Source: an uncultured Candidatus Bathyarchaeia archaeon (GTDB lineage Archaea > Thermoproteota > Bathyarchaeia > Bathyarchaeales > Bathycorpusculaceae). Taken from it: a DNA stretch of 38,905 nucleotides. The notes under the pieces are model-generated. The model was not told where the DNA came from. It worked only from the letters and a program-made list of their open reading frames with translations, and did no database searches. Location: contig CAYSOZ010000001.1 in NCBI GenBank assembly GCA_964432815.1, forward strand, positions 1 through 38,905, given 5' to 3'. Positions 10,201-20,134 of the stretch are shown one piece after another; positions within the stretch are counted from its first letter, which is position 1, and each line of letters opens with the position of its first letter. The position numbers and the translations under genes were made by a program.

Positions 10201-10544
10201 ATTACAATTCCCGTGAAGATTTCTGAATGGACTCATCTAATAGAATGACTGCTTAAAAAGATTCACAAATCAACTTGCCCTTCACGGCTAAAGCGCTACA
10301 ATGTGATGCACATAATGTAGAGCTGCACTAATCTCTCTCAACCATCACAAAACTTGCGAGAACAGATATGCAAACATTGCGTAACCAACACGAACTTCAA
10401 GAGAAAACTTGAGTAAAACGAACCTCGAAACTATTCTTAGGCAATTCAGGAATTCCTTTTCGATACAGCACAAATTTATATTTGCGAAGCCGGCATAATT
10501 GGCTTAACGCTTTACTCTATTGACCACTTAGGAGTAGAGGCAAT

Positions 10545-11267
10545 TTGAAGCATGTTAAGATCACTGCATTTGATTGCCCAGACGCTTGGTTCCAAGCGAT
10601 AAGTCACATTTGGAATGAAGGCGACATTTTTCAGGTAGGCTACGGTTCAGAGACCACTGAAACGAAGAAGTTAAACATAACAATTGAGATTACGCATCCC
10701 GAAAATAGACCGCTGGTCAGTGATAAAGCGCCATGCGACATTAAATATGTCCAAGGTTATGCTCTGGAGTATCTGTGGTGCGGAGATAAACAAGATGAAA
10801 CATACACTTACGGAAGCAGACTTAACCATCCTATCAATCAAATTGAAGAAGCTGTAGAAAGATATGTAAAAGAACAACGTGATAGGCAAGTCACTCTCGT
10901 CATAAGGCTACCTGAAGACATTAAAAAGAGCATTGACACAAAGAGACATGAACCCCCTTGCTTAAGCTTGATTGATACAGAGATTCTCGAGGGAAGAATG
11001 CATTTGACATGCTACTTCAGATCATGGGATGCTTATGCGGGATTACCAGCCAACATAGCAGGGCTACAACTTTTTAACGAAGCGTTTGTGTCTGAGATAA
11101 ACGAAAAAGCAAACCTCTCATTAAAGACAGGAAAGCTGATTTTCCATTCAAAGAATTGTCACATATACAATAGGCAGAACAAGTTCGTCAGGGAGCTCTT
11201 AGAGCCGAAGAGTCGTTCCGATAGTTCAAAGAGAATGGCGTCGACCATGAAAGATAATCTCCAATAG
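10545..11267 (+). CDS. thyA: Thymidylate synthase, archaeal ThyA-type
   Basis: YTYGSRL, catalytic PPCL, FRSWDAYAGLPAN, HIY. TTTATA at about 10475 upstream. Confidence 0.82.
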   Translation: MKHVKITAFDCPDAWFQAISHIWNEGDIFQVGYGSETTETKKLNITIEITHPENRPLVSDKAPCDIKYVQGYALEYLWCGDKQDETYTYGSRLNHPINQIEEAVERYVKEQRDRQVTLVIRLPEDIKKSIDTKRHEPPCLSLIDTEILEGRMHLTCYFRSWDAYAGLPANIAGLQLFNEAFVSEINEKANLSLKTGKLIFHSKNCHIYNRQNKFVRELLEPKSRSDSSKRMASTMKDNLQ

Positions 11268-11412
11268 CGTGTCGAGAAGGATAGAATAGATAGAAAGCAC
11301 GATTTTCTGAAAGCGGGGAAACCCCAAGCCCACACAAAGAAAAAAGGTTTCAATTGGGCGTGCACAACTTATTAATCGTCTGAATGATACCATTTCACAG
11401 GAGAGAAGAACA

Positions 11413-11925
11413 ATGACGCATATGGCTACATCAAGAGTATTGGAAGAAATGATAATAGAATTTCGAAAGAAGGGGATGCAAGTTCCGCAGAATATTTTGA
11501 CAGACCTGAAATCCGCAAGAGTCCTAATGAAGGTTGAGAATGCTGACCAAAAAGGCCGGGGAGAGACAGCTCCAAAAATCGACGAGTATCTAAGTACTGT
11601 GGAAGCATACTTAATCACAGAAGCACAGAAGACGCTCCTGCCAGAACAGGTGGACGAGTGGATTAGGCGGCTAGACGCAGCCAGCTGCGACGTCTGTTCA
11701 GCGGTTGAAAAAGAAGATAAATGGTTTGTCCAAGGCATCCCCCGCGATCAAAAATGGATTCGAATCGAGCCAATAGACGATATGCCCCTCGAGAAACTGA
11801 AGAAACTCTCAGCCGAGACTAACCTTTCCTTCCGAGAAGAAAATGACGGCCATCTAACAGTTTTTGGAAACGCGGAAGACATCAAGAACTTCATTAAGAA
11901 AATGACAGAACAAGCCCAAAAGTAA
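11413..11925 (+). CDS. DUF2096-like conserved archaeal protein
   Basis: VLEEMIIEFRKKG.QVP..IL.DLKSARVL N-terminus and GIPRDQKWIRIE pattern. Confidence 0.65.
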   Translation: MTHMATSRVLEEMIIEFRKKGMQVPQNILTDLKSARVLMKVENADQKGRGETAPKIDEYLSTVEAYLITEAQKTLLPEQVDEWIRRLDAASCDVCSAVEKEDKWFVQGIPRDQKWIRIEPIDDMPLEKLKKLSAETNLSFREENDGHLTVFGNAEDIKNFIKKMTEQAQK

Positions 11926-12244
11926 GAGACAAATTTCTCCTACAATGTGGTGTCCCTTTTACACGCCCCCATCAGCCAAACCCTGTTGTCTGCTTATTTT
12001 TCAAAAATGGTGAAAATGTGGGTCTCAGTAAAGATGTATCTGATAGACTCATTATGAACAAAAATAGAGAAGAGGCGCAAAGATGCATTGACAGCGCATT
12101 TCTTGAAAATGGTAAACAGCTCTCAGCCATAAAATCTTATTTAGTTCCTTCCTATGAGTAAGTTTTTATCATCGCTTTCAGGAAAATAATAGCAAAACCG
12201 GTTGGATGAACAAAACCGTCAAACTATCATAGGTACGAATAGAA

Positions 12245-12898
12245 ATGAGCATAGTAATAGGAGGCGGAAAGCACGGATGCTACGCGATCGAATATCTAAG
12301 AAAAAAGGGGAGCGGCTTCATTGCTGTTGACACAAACCCTGACTGCCTCGCTGTCAAGCGGTTCGGACTCAATCCCTCACCTAGCATTACTCTTAATGGA
12401 GAGACCTTTGTCCATGGCGACCTTTCAACAGTCTTGGAGCTAATAGAGACTCTAAAGCCTGAATACGTTTTTCCAACCGCCCCAGTTCACATAGCTGCTG
12501 ATTTGGCGAGAATCAAGTTCGACCTTGAGCCATGGACAGAAGCGATAGACACCGTACTGACCAGGCTGCCTGAAGTTGTTGTCCTGAAGGCTGGGAAAGG
12601 AAAACTTGTTGCAAGCTTTAACAGAGACAACAAATGTGTTGAAAAATGCAGCATGCCCAATGTTTGTCCGTCCTCACAAATCACAAAGCCATGCACCATG
12701 ATTGAATTGTTCAGATTTGCCTGTCCAGAGGCTTTCAGCCTAATCAGCTACTCTATGGCACCCGGCATGGGTGCCCTGAAGGGCAGTGAGCTTCTGGATT
12801 TCATTGACTCAGCAAAACTGATAGAAAGATTCATAGTCGCGACAGTCTGTGACTGCCACGGAGTTTTAGATGCCTTTAGAAAAAAGCATTATGCCTAA
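12245..12898 (+). CDS. Uncharacterised Rossmann-like (GxGxxG) protein with Cys-rich C-terminal domain
   Basis: IVIGGGKHG...AVD, CVEKCSMPNVCP, SMAPGMGA, ATVCDCHGV. Confidence 0.75.
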   Translation: MSIVIGGGKHGCYAIEYLRKKGSGFIAVDTNPDCLAVKRFGLNPSPSITLNGETFVHGDLSTVLELIETLKPEYVFPTAPVHIAADLARIKFDLEPWTEAIDTVLTRLPEVVVLKAGKGKLVASFNRDNKCVEKCSMPNVCPSSQITKPCTMIELFRFACPEAFSLISYSMAPGMGALKGSELLDFIDSAKLIERFIVATVCDCHGVLDAFRKKHYA

Positions 12899-12903
12899 GA
12901 CAA

Positions 12904-13377
12904 TCATTTTGAATCTCTGAAGGCCCGCGTGTAGACATTTGATGACACGCCCGCAACCAGACCGCCTATGGCATCATTTGTGAGCGGCCCAAGCGTCTTT
13001 AGGATTCCGGGCTTGGCCTGGTCAAACCGTGTGAATTCAAAGATGCCTCTTACTCCCGCAATGTAGTTAGCTATGGCCAAACCCAATAATTCGTCGGCTA
13101 CCAATCCCGGACGACCGTTGAATCTTTCCTGTGACAGCCCCGGAATCAGGCCCTTTTCCGCGTCTTCCTGTGCCCGGAAGCAGGCAACTACCAAAGTGGA
13201 AACATTCACATCTGACAGCGTCTCGAGGAACTCTTCTCGGAACATCTTAACAGCTATTTCTTCAGTCTCTAACCCGGGATGTGGAACGAAGAGCTCAAGT
13301 GCTGAGTCGATGAGATCTTTCAGAGTTATCAATTTCTTCTCGAGATAATCCAATAGGGGAGGATTTTCAGGGTCCAT
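12904..13377 (-). CDS. cobZ: Alpha-ribazole-phosphate phosphatase CobZ (PgpA-like family)
   Basis: DVNVSTL, LVADELLGLAIANYIAG..G.FEF.RFD..KPGIL..LGP..DAIGGLVAG. Adjacent to the B12 operon. Start ATG 13377. Confidence 0.78.
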   Translation of the reverse strand: MDPENPPLLDYLEKKLITLKDLIDSALELFVPHPGLETEEIAVKMFREEFLETLSDVNVSTLVVACFRAQEDAEKGLIPGLSQERFNGRPGLVADELLGLAIANYIAGVRGIFEFTRFDQAKPGILKTLGPLTNDAIGGLVAGVSSNVYTRAFRDSK

Positions 13378-13487
13378 TTTTATCAGTATCTTGTCATATG
13401 AAGGAGTGAATTTTAAGTGTTGCGCATTTTTGGAAACTCTTATAAGGCTGTATGGATAAACCATCCAAGCATAGAGGAATTGGGAAC

Positions 13488-14453
13488 GTGAACACAAAAT
13501 ATGCGATTTCAGCAATCAGCATAATCGCTATAATAATCGCTGCCGTCTTCATCTATACTTACTATCAAGGACAGGACCACACAGAACTCGAGCCTTTCCA
13601 AAATCTGATTGACGACACTGGCTACATCACAAGCTTGGAGTCTCTCCCTGACAGAATTATTTCCCTCGCACCCAGCACAACGGAAATCGCATTTGCTTTG
13701 GGCTTGGACGAAAAAGTTGTGGGCGTCAGCAAATATTGCGACTATCCCTACAATTTTTCGGCTTGGATCGAAGCAGGCAACATGACCAGTATTGGGGACT
13801 TCAGCGATCCAAGTATGGAGGCAATCGCTTCTCTTGAGCCCGACTTGATTCTAGCAACCGGAGGCGTTCAAGGACCAACGATTGACACCATGCGTCAGCT
13901 GGGATACAAAGTCCTAGTCTTGAATCCTGCTAACATTAACGGAGTGCTCCAGAACATAGAACTAGTCGGAAACGCAACTGGCAAAACTGCAGAAGCAAAC
14001 AACCTAATTAACAATATAAACAGCAGAATAGACGCCGTGGTTAACAAGGTTGCAGATGCTACGTCCAAACCGAAAGTCTACTACGAAGTTTGGTACGATG
14101 CCACCTCACTATGGACTGCAGGATCAAAAGCTTGGCAAAATGAACTTATCGAAAAGGCTGGCGGAGTTAACGTATTTGTTGATCAAGACTTGGACTATTT
14201 CCAGTCAAGTGCAGAAGCAGTTATCGAGCGAAGCCCTGACGTCATATTACTGCCAAAGCAAGGCATGGGTTACGGTGAAACGTTTTGGGTAAGCCTGGAT
14301 GCCGTTAAAGCAAGACCAGGGTGGAGTTCCATCAGCGCCGTCCAAAATGACAGATTAGTCGAAGTTGACTCCAATACAATTTCCAGAGCCGGACCAAGAG
14401 TCGCAGATATCATCGAAGACTTGGCTGAAGCCTTTCACCCAGAACTCTTTTAA
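13488..14453 (+). CDS. btuF: Corrinoid ABC transporter substrate-binding protein
   Basis: N-terminal TM anchor, RIISLAPSTTEI, VVGVSKYCDYP, SRAGPRV, cob gene context. GTG 13488 follows a GAGGA RBS. Confidence 0.88.
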   Translation: MNTKYAISAISIIAIIIAAVFIYTYYQGQDHTELEPFQNLIDDTGYITSLESLPDRIISLAPSTTEIAFALGLDEKVVGVSKYCDYPYNFSAWIEAGNMTSIGDFSDPSMEAIASLEPDLILATGGVQGPTIDTMRQLGYKVLVLNPANINGVLQNIELVGNATGKTAEANNLINNINSRIDAVVNKVADATSKPKVYYEVWYDATSLWTAGSKAWQNELIEKAGGVNVFVDQDLDYFQSSAEAVIERSPDVILLPKQGMGYGETFWVSLDAVKARPGWSSISAVQNDRLVEVDSNTISRAGPRVADIIEDLAEAFHPELF

Positions 14454-14458
14454 ATCAC

Positions 14459-14471
14459 CCCCACTTTTTTT
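14459..14471 (+). terminator. Possible internal oligo-T terminator after btuF
   Basis: CCCCACTTTTTTT directly after the btuF stop. Confidence 0.4.
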
Positions 14472-14482
14472 GTGTGGCACAC

Positions 14483-15571
14483 ATGAATCAAGATCAAGTT
14501 GAAAGTGAATATTTTCGTCGTACTTCCAAATGGAAACTCATCTTAATTCTGTTGACTCTAGCCTTGATCTTAACAGTTCTTATCTCCCTGAATGTAGGCT
14601 ACGCTCAGATTCCATTTCAGAACATCCTAGCAATCCTAGCTAGACAAATTCCTTTCTTGAATAGTTACGTGGACCCCTCGCTATTTCTTCCTCGGGATGC
14701 AGCAATCATTCTTCAGATACGATTGCCGCGAATCATAGCTGGTGTTGTTGTGGGTGCAGCCCTATCCAGTTCGGGAGTTGTATATCAAGGCGTTTTCAAG
14801 AATCCGATGGCAGATTCGTACCTGTTAGGCGTGTCGTCCGGAGCAGCGGTCGGCGCCTCCTTGTCAATTTTGTTCGGAACTGGTTATTCCGTTTTCGGCT
14901 TGGGCATTTTGCAGCTAGCCGCTTTCACCGGCGCGTTATTCGCCATGTTCCTAGTCTACAATATCGCCCGCGTCGGATCAAAAGTTCCAGTCACAATGTT
15001 ACTCCTTTGCGGGCTAGCAGTCAACTTTTTCATGTATTCAATAGTCTCTCTCTTAGAAGTAGTAGCCGGCGATTCGCTTCACTCAATTGTCTTCTGGCTC
15101 ATAGGCGGCTTTTCAAACATCCTGTGGATTCAAGTATGGGCAACATTGCCCTTCATCGCAGTTGGCATGATTGCGGCTTATTTCTACTCCCGTGACCTAA
15201 ACCTGCTCGCTCTGGGAGAAGAAACAGCTCAAAACCTAGGTGTAAATGTCGAGAAAGTCAAGACGAGACTACTAGTGCTTGCTTCTATGATTGCTGCGGC
15301 GGCTGTTTCGCTAAGCGGTCTTATAGGCTTTATAGGTTTGATGGTGCCGCACATAACCCGATTAGTGATAGGACCAGACCATCGTATTCTGTTTCCGGCT
15401 TCGATAATAACTGGCGCCATATTCTTGGTAATCTGTGACGCATTGGCAAGAGTGGTAGCGACACCGTTCGCTTCAACCCTCGAATTGCCCGTAGGGATAA
15501 TTACGATGTTGGCTGGAGCTCCCTTCTTCATTATTCTTCTCAGAAAGAAAAAACAGAGTTATGCAATATGA
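14483..15571 (+). CDS. btuC: Corrinoid ABC transporter permease (FecCD family)
   Basis: IRLPRI, QGVFKNPMADSYLLGVSSGA, LGEETAQNLGVNVE, GLIGFIGLMVPH, GAPFF. Confidence 0.92.
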   Translation: MNQDQVESEYFRRTSKWKLILILLTLALILTVLISLNVGYAQIPFQNILAILARQIPFLNSYVDPSLFLPRDAAIILQIRLPRIIAGVVVGAALSSSGVVYQGVFKNPMADSYLLGVSSGAAVGASLSILFGTGYSVFGLGILQLAAFTGALFAMFLVYNIARVGSKVPVTMLLLCGLAVNFFMYSIVSLLEVVAGDSLHSIVFWLIGGFSNILWIQVWATLPFIAVGMIAAYFYSRDLNLLALGEETAQNLGVNVEKVKTRLLVLASMIAAAAVSLSGLIGFIGLMVPHITRLVIGPDHRILFPASIITGAIFLVICDALARVVATPFASTLELPVGIITMLAGAPFFIILLRKKKQSYAI

Positions 15572-16961
15572 GAAATTGGTGCTAAACTTGGTACTGTTGA
15601 ATGTGGATGGAGTTGAATGCCGCTATGGCTCGGTCAAAGTCCTTGAAGATGTAACTCTTGCAGTCAAAGATGGCGATTTTGTTGGAATACTGGGACCCAA
15701 TGGGTCTGGGAAAACCACCCTTCTTAAGAGTATAAGCAGATCGCTCAGACCTCACAGAGGTACTATTCTGCTTAATGAAGCTGACATATATGACCTCAAA
15801 GGAGTGGAAGTTGCACGCCAGATGGCAGTTGTACCCCAGGACAGCGCCATAGGCTTCAGTTTCGCTGCTTTGGACGTTGTCTTGATGGGCAGAAACCCGC
15901 ATATGACGCGCTTCCAGATTGAAGGAAAGAAGGACCTGGCAATCGCGCGAAAAGCCATGGAGCTCACGAACACGTGGCACCTATCAGAAAGACCCCTAAA
16001 TGAGCTCAGCGGGGGAGAGAGACAACGAGTAATAATTGCCCGCGCTCTGGCGCAAGAACCGAGAATTCTGCTCTTGGACGAGCCTATGACTCATTTGGAC
16101 ATAATCAACCAGCTTGAGATCATGGATCTCGTTAAGAACTTGTGCGTGAAAGAAAATTTGATTGTCTTAGCAGTTTTCCATGACTTGAACCTCGCTGCGC
16201 GTTACTGCACTTCAGCCATACTGCTCAAGAGCGGTAGAATCTTTTCAACCGGCAACATAGATGAGGTCTTGACTAGTGAAAACATTAGAAGCGTCTTTCG
16301 AGTTGACGCGATAGTTAAGAAACACCTCGTCACCAACTCACTTTTTGTACTCCCGCTTTCACCGCAGAAACCTTCTCCGACTAAAAAGTGCTCAATCCAT
16401 CTCATATGCGGAGCAGGCACTGGAACAGCCCTCATGAAAATTCTGTTAGACGAAGGGTACAGCGTTACCGCTGGAGTTCTCAACGTCTTGGACACGGATT
16501 TTGAGACGGCGCAATTTCTAAAAATACCCGTGACAACAGAAGCGCCCTTCTCACCCATCACCGAAAAGACAGAGAAAGCCAACCTAGCCATGATGAGCAA
16601 AGCAAGCACCATAGTTCTAACTTCGGTTCCATTTGGTCATGGCAATTTGCAGAACCTGGAAAATGCCAAAAAAGCGATGGAAAAGGGAATCCCGACAATC
16701 GTCATAGATGAGGTCCCCATCGAAAGCAGAGACTTCACCCAAGGCAAAGCAACTGAAATATTCTCGGAGTTAAAACGTATTGGTGCAGTATTCGTTGCGA
16801 ATCAAAACGAGCTTCTACAATGGTTAAACGTCTCCGAGGAAAAGGCAAGAAGTTCCGAATTAGAAAAAGTGAGAATCCTCAGTCATCTGAAACCTGGCAC
16901 CGCCAACGAAAGCGAGATTGCGGACAAAAGAAAAACCATGGGAGAAACTGGAAACAGATGA
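15561..16961 (+). CDS. btuD: Corrinoid ABC transporter ATPase with ~190 aa C-terminal extension
   Basis: GPNGSGKT, LSGGERQ, LLLDEP, HDLN. Extra domain begins IHLICGAGTG. Exact start uncertain (15561-15588). Confidence 0.9.
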   Translation: MQYEKLVLNLVLLNVDGVECRYGSVKVLEDVTLAVKDGDFVGILGPNGSGKTTLLKSISRSLRPHRGTILLNEADIYDLKGVEVARQMAVVPQDSAIGFSFAALDVVLMGRNPHMTRFQIEGKKDLAIARKAMELTNTWHLSERPLNELSGGERQRVIIARALAQEPRILLLDEPMTHLDIINQLEIMDLVKNLCVKENLIVLAVFHDLNLAARYCTSAILLKSGRIFSTGNIDEVLTSENIRSVFRVDAIVKKHLVTNSLFVLPLSPQKPSPTKKCSIHLICGAGTGTALMKILLDEGYSVTAGVLNVLDTDFETAQFLKIPVTTEAPFSPITEKTEKANLAMMSKASTIVLTSVPFGHGNLQNLENAKKAMEKGIPTIVIDEVPIESRDFTQGKATEIFSELKRIGAVFVANQNELLQWLNVSEEKARSSELEKVRILSHLKPGTANESEIADKRKTMGETGNR

Positions 16962-17656
16962 AAGTAGCGGTTTCTTGGAGCGGAGGGAAGGACAGCTGCT
17001 TTGCCAGTTTCAAGGCAATCCAAGAGGGATTCGAAATTGGCAATCTTCTCACTATGATGGCAAGCGATGGAAGATCAAACTTCCATCTGATAAGGGCTGA
17101 CTTGCTGGATGCACAGGCAACCGCTCTTGGAATCCCTCTGACAAAACGAGAGACTACGCCAAACATTTACGAGCAAGAATTCAAAAATGCTTTGCGGCAA
17201 CTGAAAATCGCCGGCGTGCAAGGCTTAGTTACAGGAGACATATACGAAGTTCCGTTGCACGAGAGGGGATGGCTGAATCGCATCTGTGGCGAAATAGGTC
17301 TAAAAATGATCAGACCTTTGTGGAACCGCGACACGCAGCAGGTTTTCCATGAATTCGTTGCCTCAGGTTTCAATGCAATTGTGACAAGGGTCAACACAAG
17401 ATTGCTCGGTCCAGAATGGCTCGGAAGACAACTGAACGAAAAGTTCTTCGAAGATATAGTAGAAATTGGCGATGTGGACCCTTGCGGAGAAAGAGGCGAA
17501 TACCACACGCTTGTAACAGATGGGCCTTTATTCAACAAACGCATAAAAATCCTTGAAAGCCGAAAGGTTGACCTAAACGGCTCGAGTAACTTAGAAATAG
17601 AACAGTTTGAAGTCAACGAAAAGAACGAGGAAGTCAGAAATGAAGAAAATATTTGA
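16958..17656 (+). CDS. DUF71/COG2102 PP-loop ATP pyrophosphatase (diphthine-ammonia ligase-like, B12-associated)
   Basis: SWSGGKDS, GDI, PLW, DPCGERGEYHTLVTDGPLF. ATGA overlap with btuD. Confidence 0.88.
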   Translation: MKVAVSWSGGKDSCFASFKAIQEGFEIGNLLTMMASDGRSNFHLIRADLLDAQATALGIPLTKRETTPNIYEQEFKNALRQLKIAGVQGLVTGDIYEVPLHERGWLNRICGEIGLKMIRPLWNRDTQQVFHEFVASGFNAIVTRVNTRLLGPEWLGRQLNEKFFEDIVEIGDVDPCGERGEYHTLVTDGPLFNKRIKILESRKVDLNGSSNLEIEQFEVNEKNEEVRNEENI

Positions 17657-18743
17657 TGTATTGATGGCACATAACGCTCCAAAAGCAGAGGCGTTCATCA
17701 ACGAGATAAACGGAAAAAACCCGCTTTTCATCTGCACAATAGCCACAACGGAGACTGCCAAAATTGCTGGATTATCTGCCGCTGGAAAATATCCTGAATT
17801 CACGGATTACACGCCACCCGCAGACGCCGAGCTACTTCTCCTAGGCAAATGTAAATGCATTGCAGGCGTGCCAGTGACGCCTGATGGTATACCGACACCA
17901 GCTTTGATATCGATGTCTGCCTTGAAACTTGCAGATATACCTGTTCTGATTGCTAATGCCGGATCAAAGGTGAATCCTTACGTACCTTTCTTGGATTTAG
18001 GCGGAAAGCCAGGTGGGGACATAAGGACGGGCAATGCAGTGGAGGGTGTTGACGAAGTCATCAAAAGAGCCACAATTGCCGGGGAACATTTGGCTAAAAC
18101 CGCGGACTACCTTGTTATCGGCGAAAGCATTCCCGGGGGCACAACAACGGCGCTGGGCGTCCTGTCGGTCATGGGAGTGAAAGCCGAAGGCAAAGTCAGT
18201 AGCAGCATGCCTGAAAACCCCCATGGACTGAAAAATGAAATTGTCAAAACTGGATTGTTGGCAGCGAAGGAGAGTTTCGGTAGCCTCGCGAAAAATCCGA
18301 TCAGGGCTATTTCGTGTTTAGGCGATCCAATGATGCCCGCCTTAGCAGGATTAGTCATAGGCTCCGCGGCTCAGGTCCCAGTGTTGATGGCTGGAGGAAC
18401 GCAAATGGGGGCTGTACTAGCTCTTGTGAAAGCGTTGAACCCAGACGTTCTATGCAACGTGGCAATAGGCACTACAAGATGGGTTGTCGAAGACAGGTCT
18501 TCCGATCTTGAAGGGATTGTATCTCAAATTGCAGATGTGCCTATTTTGGCGGCTGACATGAATTTCGGAACTTCCCAGTTCAGCGGTTTGAAGGCTTACG
18601 AAGAAGGCATTGTGAAGGAAGGTGTCGGAGCCGGCGGTGCCGCAGTCTCTGCAATGGCCAAAGTTGGCGGTGCCATAACAAAGGACATGTTGCTTAGAGA
18701 AATAGAGAGAAACTATGCGTTATTGATGGAAGGTAGATTCTGA
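17640..18743 (+). CDS. cobT: Nicotinate-mononucleotide:base phosphoribosyltransferase, archaeal CobT
   Basis: GLSAAG, YTPPADAE, GIPTPA, GESIPGGTTTA, MAGGTQM, VKEGVGAGG. Confidence 0.93.
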   Translation: MKKIFDVLMAHNAPKAEAFINEINGKNPLFICTIATTETAKIAGLSAAGKYPEFTDYTPPADAELLLLGKCKCIAGVPVTPDGIPTPALISMSALKLADIPVLIANAGSKVNPYVPFLDLGGKPGGDIRTGNAVEGVDEVIKRATIAGEHLAKTADYLVIGESIPGGTTTALGVLSVMGVKAEGKVSSSMPENPHGLKNEIVKTGLLAAKESFGSLAKNPIRAISCLGDPMMPALAGLVIGSAAQVPVLMAGGTQMGAVLALVKALNPDVLCNVAIGTTRWVVEDRSSDLEGIVSQIADVPILAADMNFGTSQFSGLKAYEEGIVKEGVGAGGAAVSAMAKVGGAITKDMLLREIERNYALLMEGRF

Positions 18744-18752
18744 GGCTATATC

Positions 18753-19505
18753 ATGCTTAAGGAAATCAAGAACCTCTTTTCGTTTCTAACGATTATCCCT
18801 GTGAGTATGGACAAAGATATGCTGACCGACAACGCAAAACTAATGTTTGTTTTTCCTTTGATCGGGGCGTTCATAGGCTTACTCGGCGGGGTTTTCGGCT
18901 GGACAGTTACTCAGTTTCTTCCATCCTTAGTCGTGGGAGCGTTAGTACTGGGAGTTTTGCTACTAATCACGGGGCTTCACCACACTGATGGCCTGCTGGA
19001 TTTTGGAGATGGCATAATGGCACACGGCACCCCAGAAAGAAAAATCGAAGTAATGCACGACCACTTAACCGGCGCAGGCGGTCTATGTTTGGGAATTTTG
19101 ACCCTCTTAATCACTGCCCTATCCATCGCCGAACTTGACTCTAACTTAATAGTTCAAGGCATAGTGGTGATTGAGGTTTCAGCAAAGCTTTCTATGGTTG
19201 TTGGAGCCTGGGCTGGGAAGGCAGCCCATCAGGGAATGGCCTCTTCGTTTCTCGAATCTATGCATGGTTACAAGGGCATTGTCCGCTTGGTAATTGCATT
19301 AGCAATATCTTTCGGAATAGCCATACCTTTCTTGTGGTTGACGGGCGTGATAACCGTGCTTTCTGCCATACTCACAAGTCTTGTAATTGTCGGAATATGT
19401 CACAGACACTTCAAAGGCGTAACAGGCGACGTTCTAGGCGCCACAAACGAGCTCGCTCGCATGGTTTCGCTAATCGCTCTGCTAGCGGTGACCGGATGGG
19501 CGTAA
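18753..19505 (+). CDS. cobS: Adenosylcobinamide-GDP ribazoletransferase (cobamide synthase), canonical copy
   Basis: FLTIIP, GLHHTDGLLDFGDG, VMHDHLTGAGG, GVTGDVLGATNE. Confidence 0.93.
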   Translation: MLKEIKNLFSFLTIIPVSMDKDMLTDNAKLMFVFPLIGAFIGLLGGVFGWTVTQFLPSLVVGALVLGVLLLITGLHHTDGLLDFGDGIMAHGTPERKIEVMHDHLTGAGGLCLGILTLLITALSIAELDSNLIVQGIVVIEVSAKLSMVVGAWAGKAAHQGMASSFLESMHGYKGIVRLVIALAISFGIAIPFLWLTGVITVLSAILTSLVIVGICHRHFKGVTGDVLGATNELARMVSLIALLAVTGWA

Positions 19506-20134
19506 CTGCACTCGTAATGGCTGGTGGAAAAGGCAGCCGCATGGCGATCTCCGGGGAGAAACCTCTGATCTTGGTTGGGGGAAAACCCGTGATATTATAT
19601 GTTCTCGCGGCGCTTCGAGATTCAAAAAAAGTAGATTCGATAGTTATTGCAACGAGTGATAACACACCCAAGACAGCCAGACTGATGAAAAAGTTCCCTG
19701 TCAAAGTGGTGAAGACGCCTGGGAAAGAATATGTCTCTGACATGGGATACGCTATCAAGAAACTGAAACTAAAAACCGTCTTAGCGATGGCGGCAGACCT
19801 CCCTCTGATCACCGGAGAAGTATTAGACTTCGTATTGGAAACTCACGAAAAATGTGGAAAGTCTGCCTTAACAGTTGTTGTACCTGTGGAAACAAAGCAG
19901 AAATTGGGCTTATCGACGGAGTACACCTTTATGATCGATGACGAAGAAGTGGTTCCTGCTGGAATAAATGTTGTTGACGGAGAAAAGATTGACGAGGAAG
20001 AGCTGGATCAAGAAATTTGTTTGTTGAACGACGAGAAAGTCGCTGTCAACGTCAACACTTTGCAGGAGTTGCGAATAGCCGAGAATCTGATCTCCAAAGC
20101 CACCAAGAGCAGTTCTTCTGAAAAACAAGCATAA
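19496..20134 (+). CDS. cobY: GTP:adenosylcobinamide-phosphate guanylyltransferase
   Basis: ALVMAGGKGSRM...EKPL, ADLPLI, PAGINVV, NVNTLQEL. Overlaps cobS end. Start ATG 19496. Confidence 0.87.
   Translation: MGVTALVMAGGKGSRMAISGEKPLILVGGKPVILYVLAALRDSKKVDSIVIATSDNTPKTARLMKKFPVKVVKTPGKEYVSDMGYAIKKLKLKTVLAMAADLPLITGEVLDFVLETHEKCGKSALTVVVPVETKQKLGLSTEYTFMIDDEEVVPAGINVVDGEKIDEEELDQEICLLNDEKVAVNVNTLQELRIAENLISKATKSSSSEKQA

Noticed and set aside
10545-11267. ThyA as a phage-type base-modifying hydroxymethylase
   Set aside because: The motifs fit ordinary archaeal ThyA (Asn retained in LPAN), and there is no viral or DNA-modification context.
11315-11325. GGGG-AAA-CCCC mini hairpin after thyA
   Set aside because: A 4-bp stem is too short to support an RNA element.
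9053-12244. Intergenic gaps (9053-9254, 10201-10544, 11926-12244) inspected for tRNA, C/D-box sRNA, CRISPR repeats or IS ends
   Set aside because: No cloverleaf, paired C/D boxes, spaced repeats or terminal inverted repeats seen by eye. An Infernal/tRNAscan run would be needed to exclude them fully.
13378-13515. N-terminal extension of cobZ, or a cobalamin riboswitch between cobZ and btuF
   Set aside because: The extension overlaps btuF head-to-head. The ~110 nt gap is AT-rich promoter-like sequence with no recognisable B12-box.
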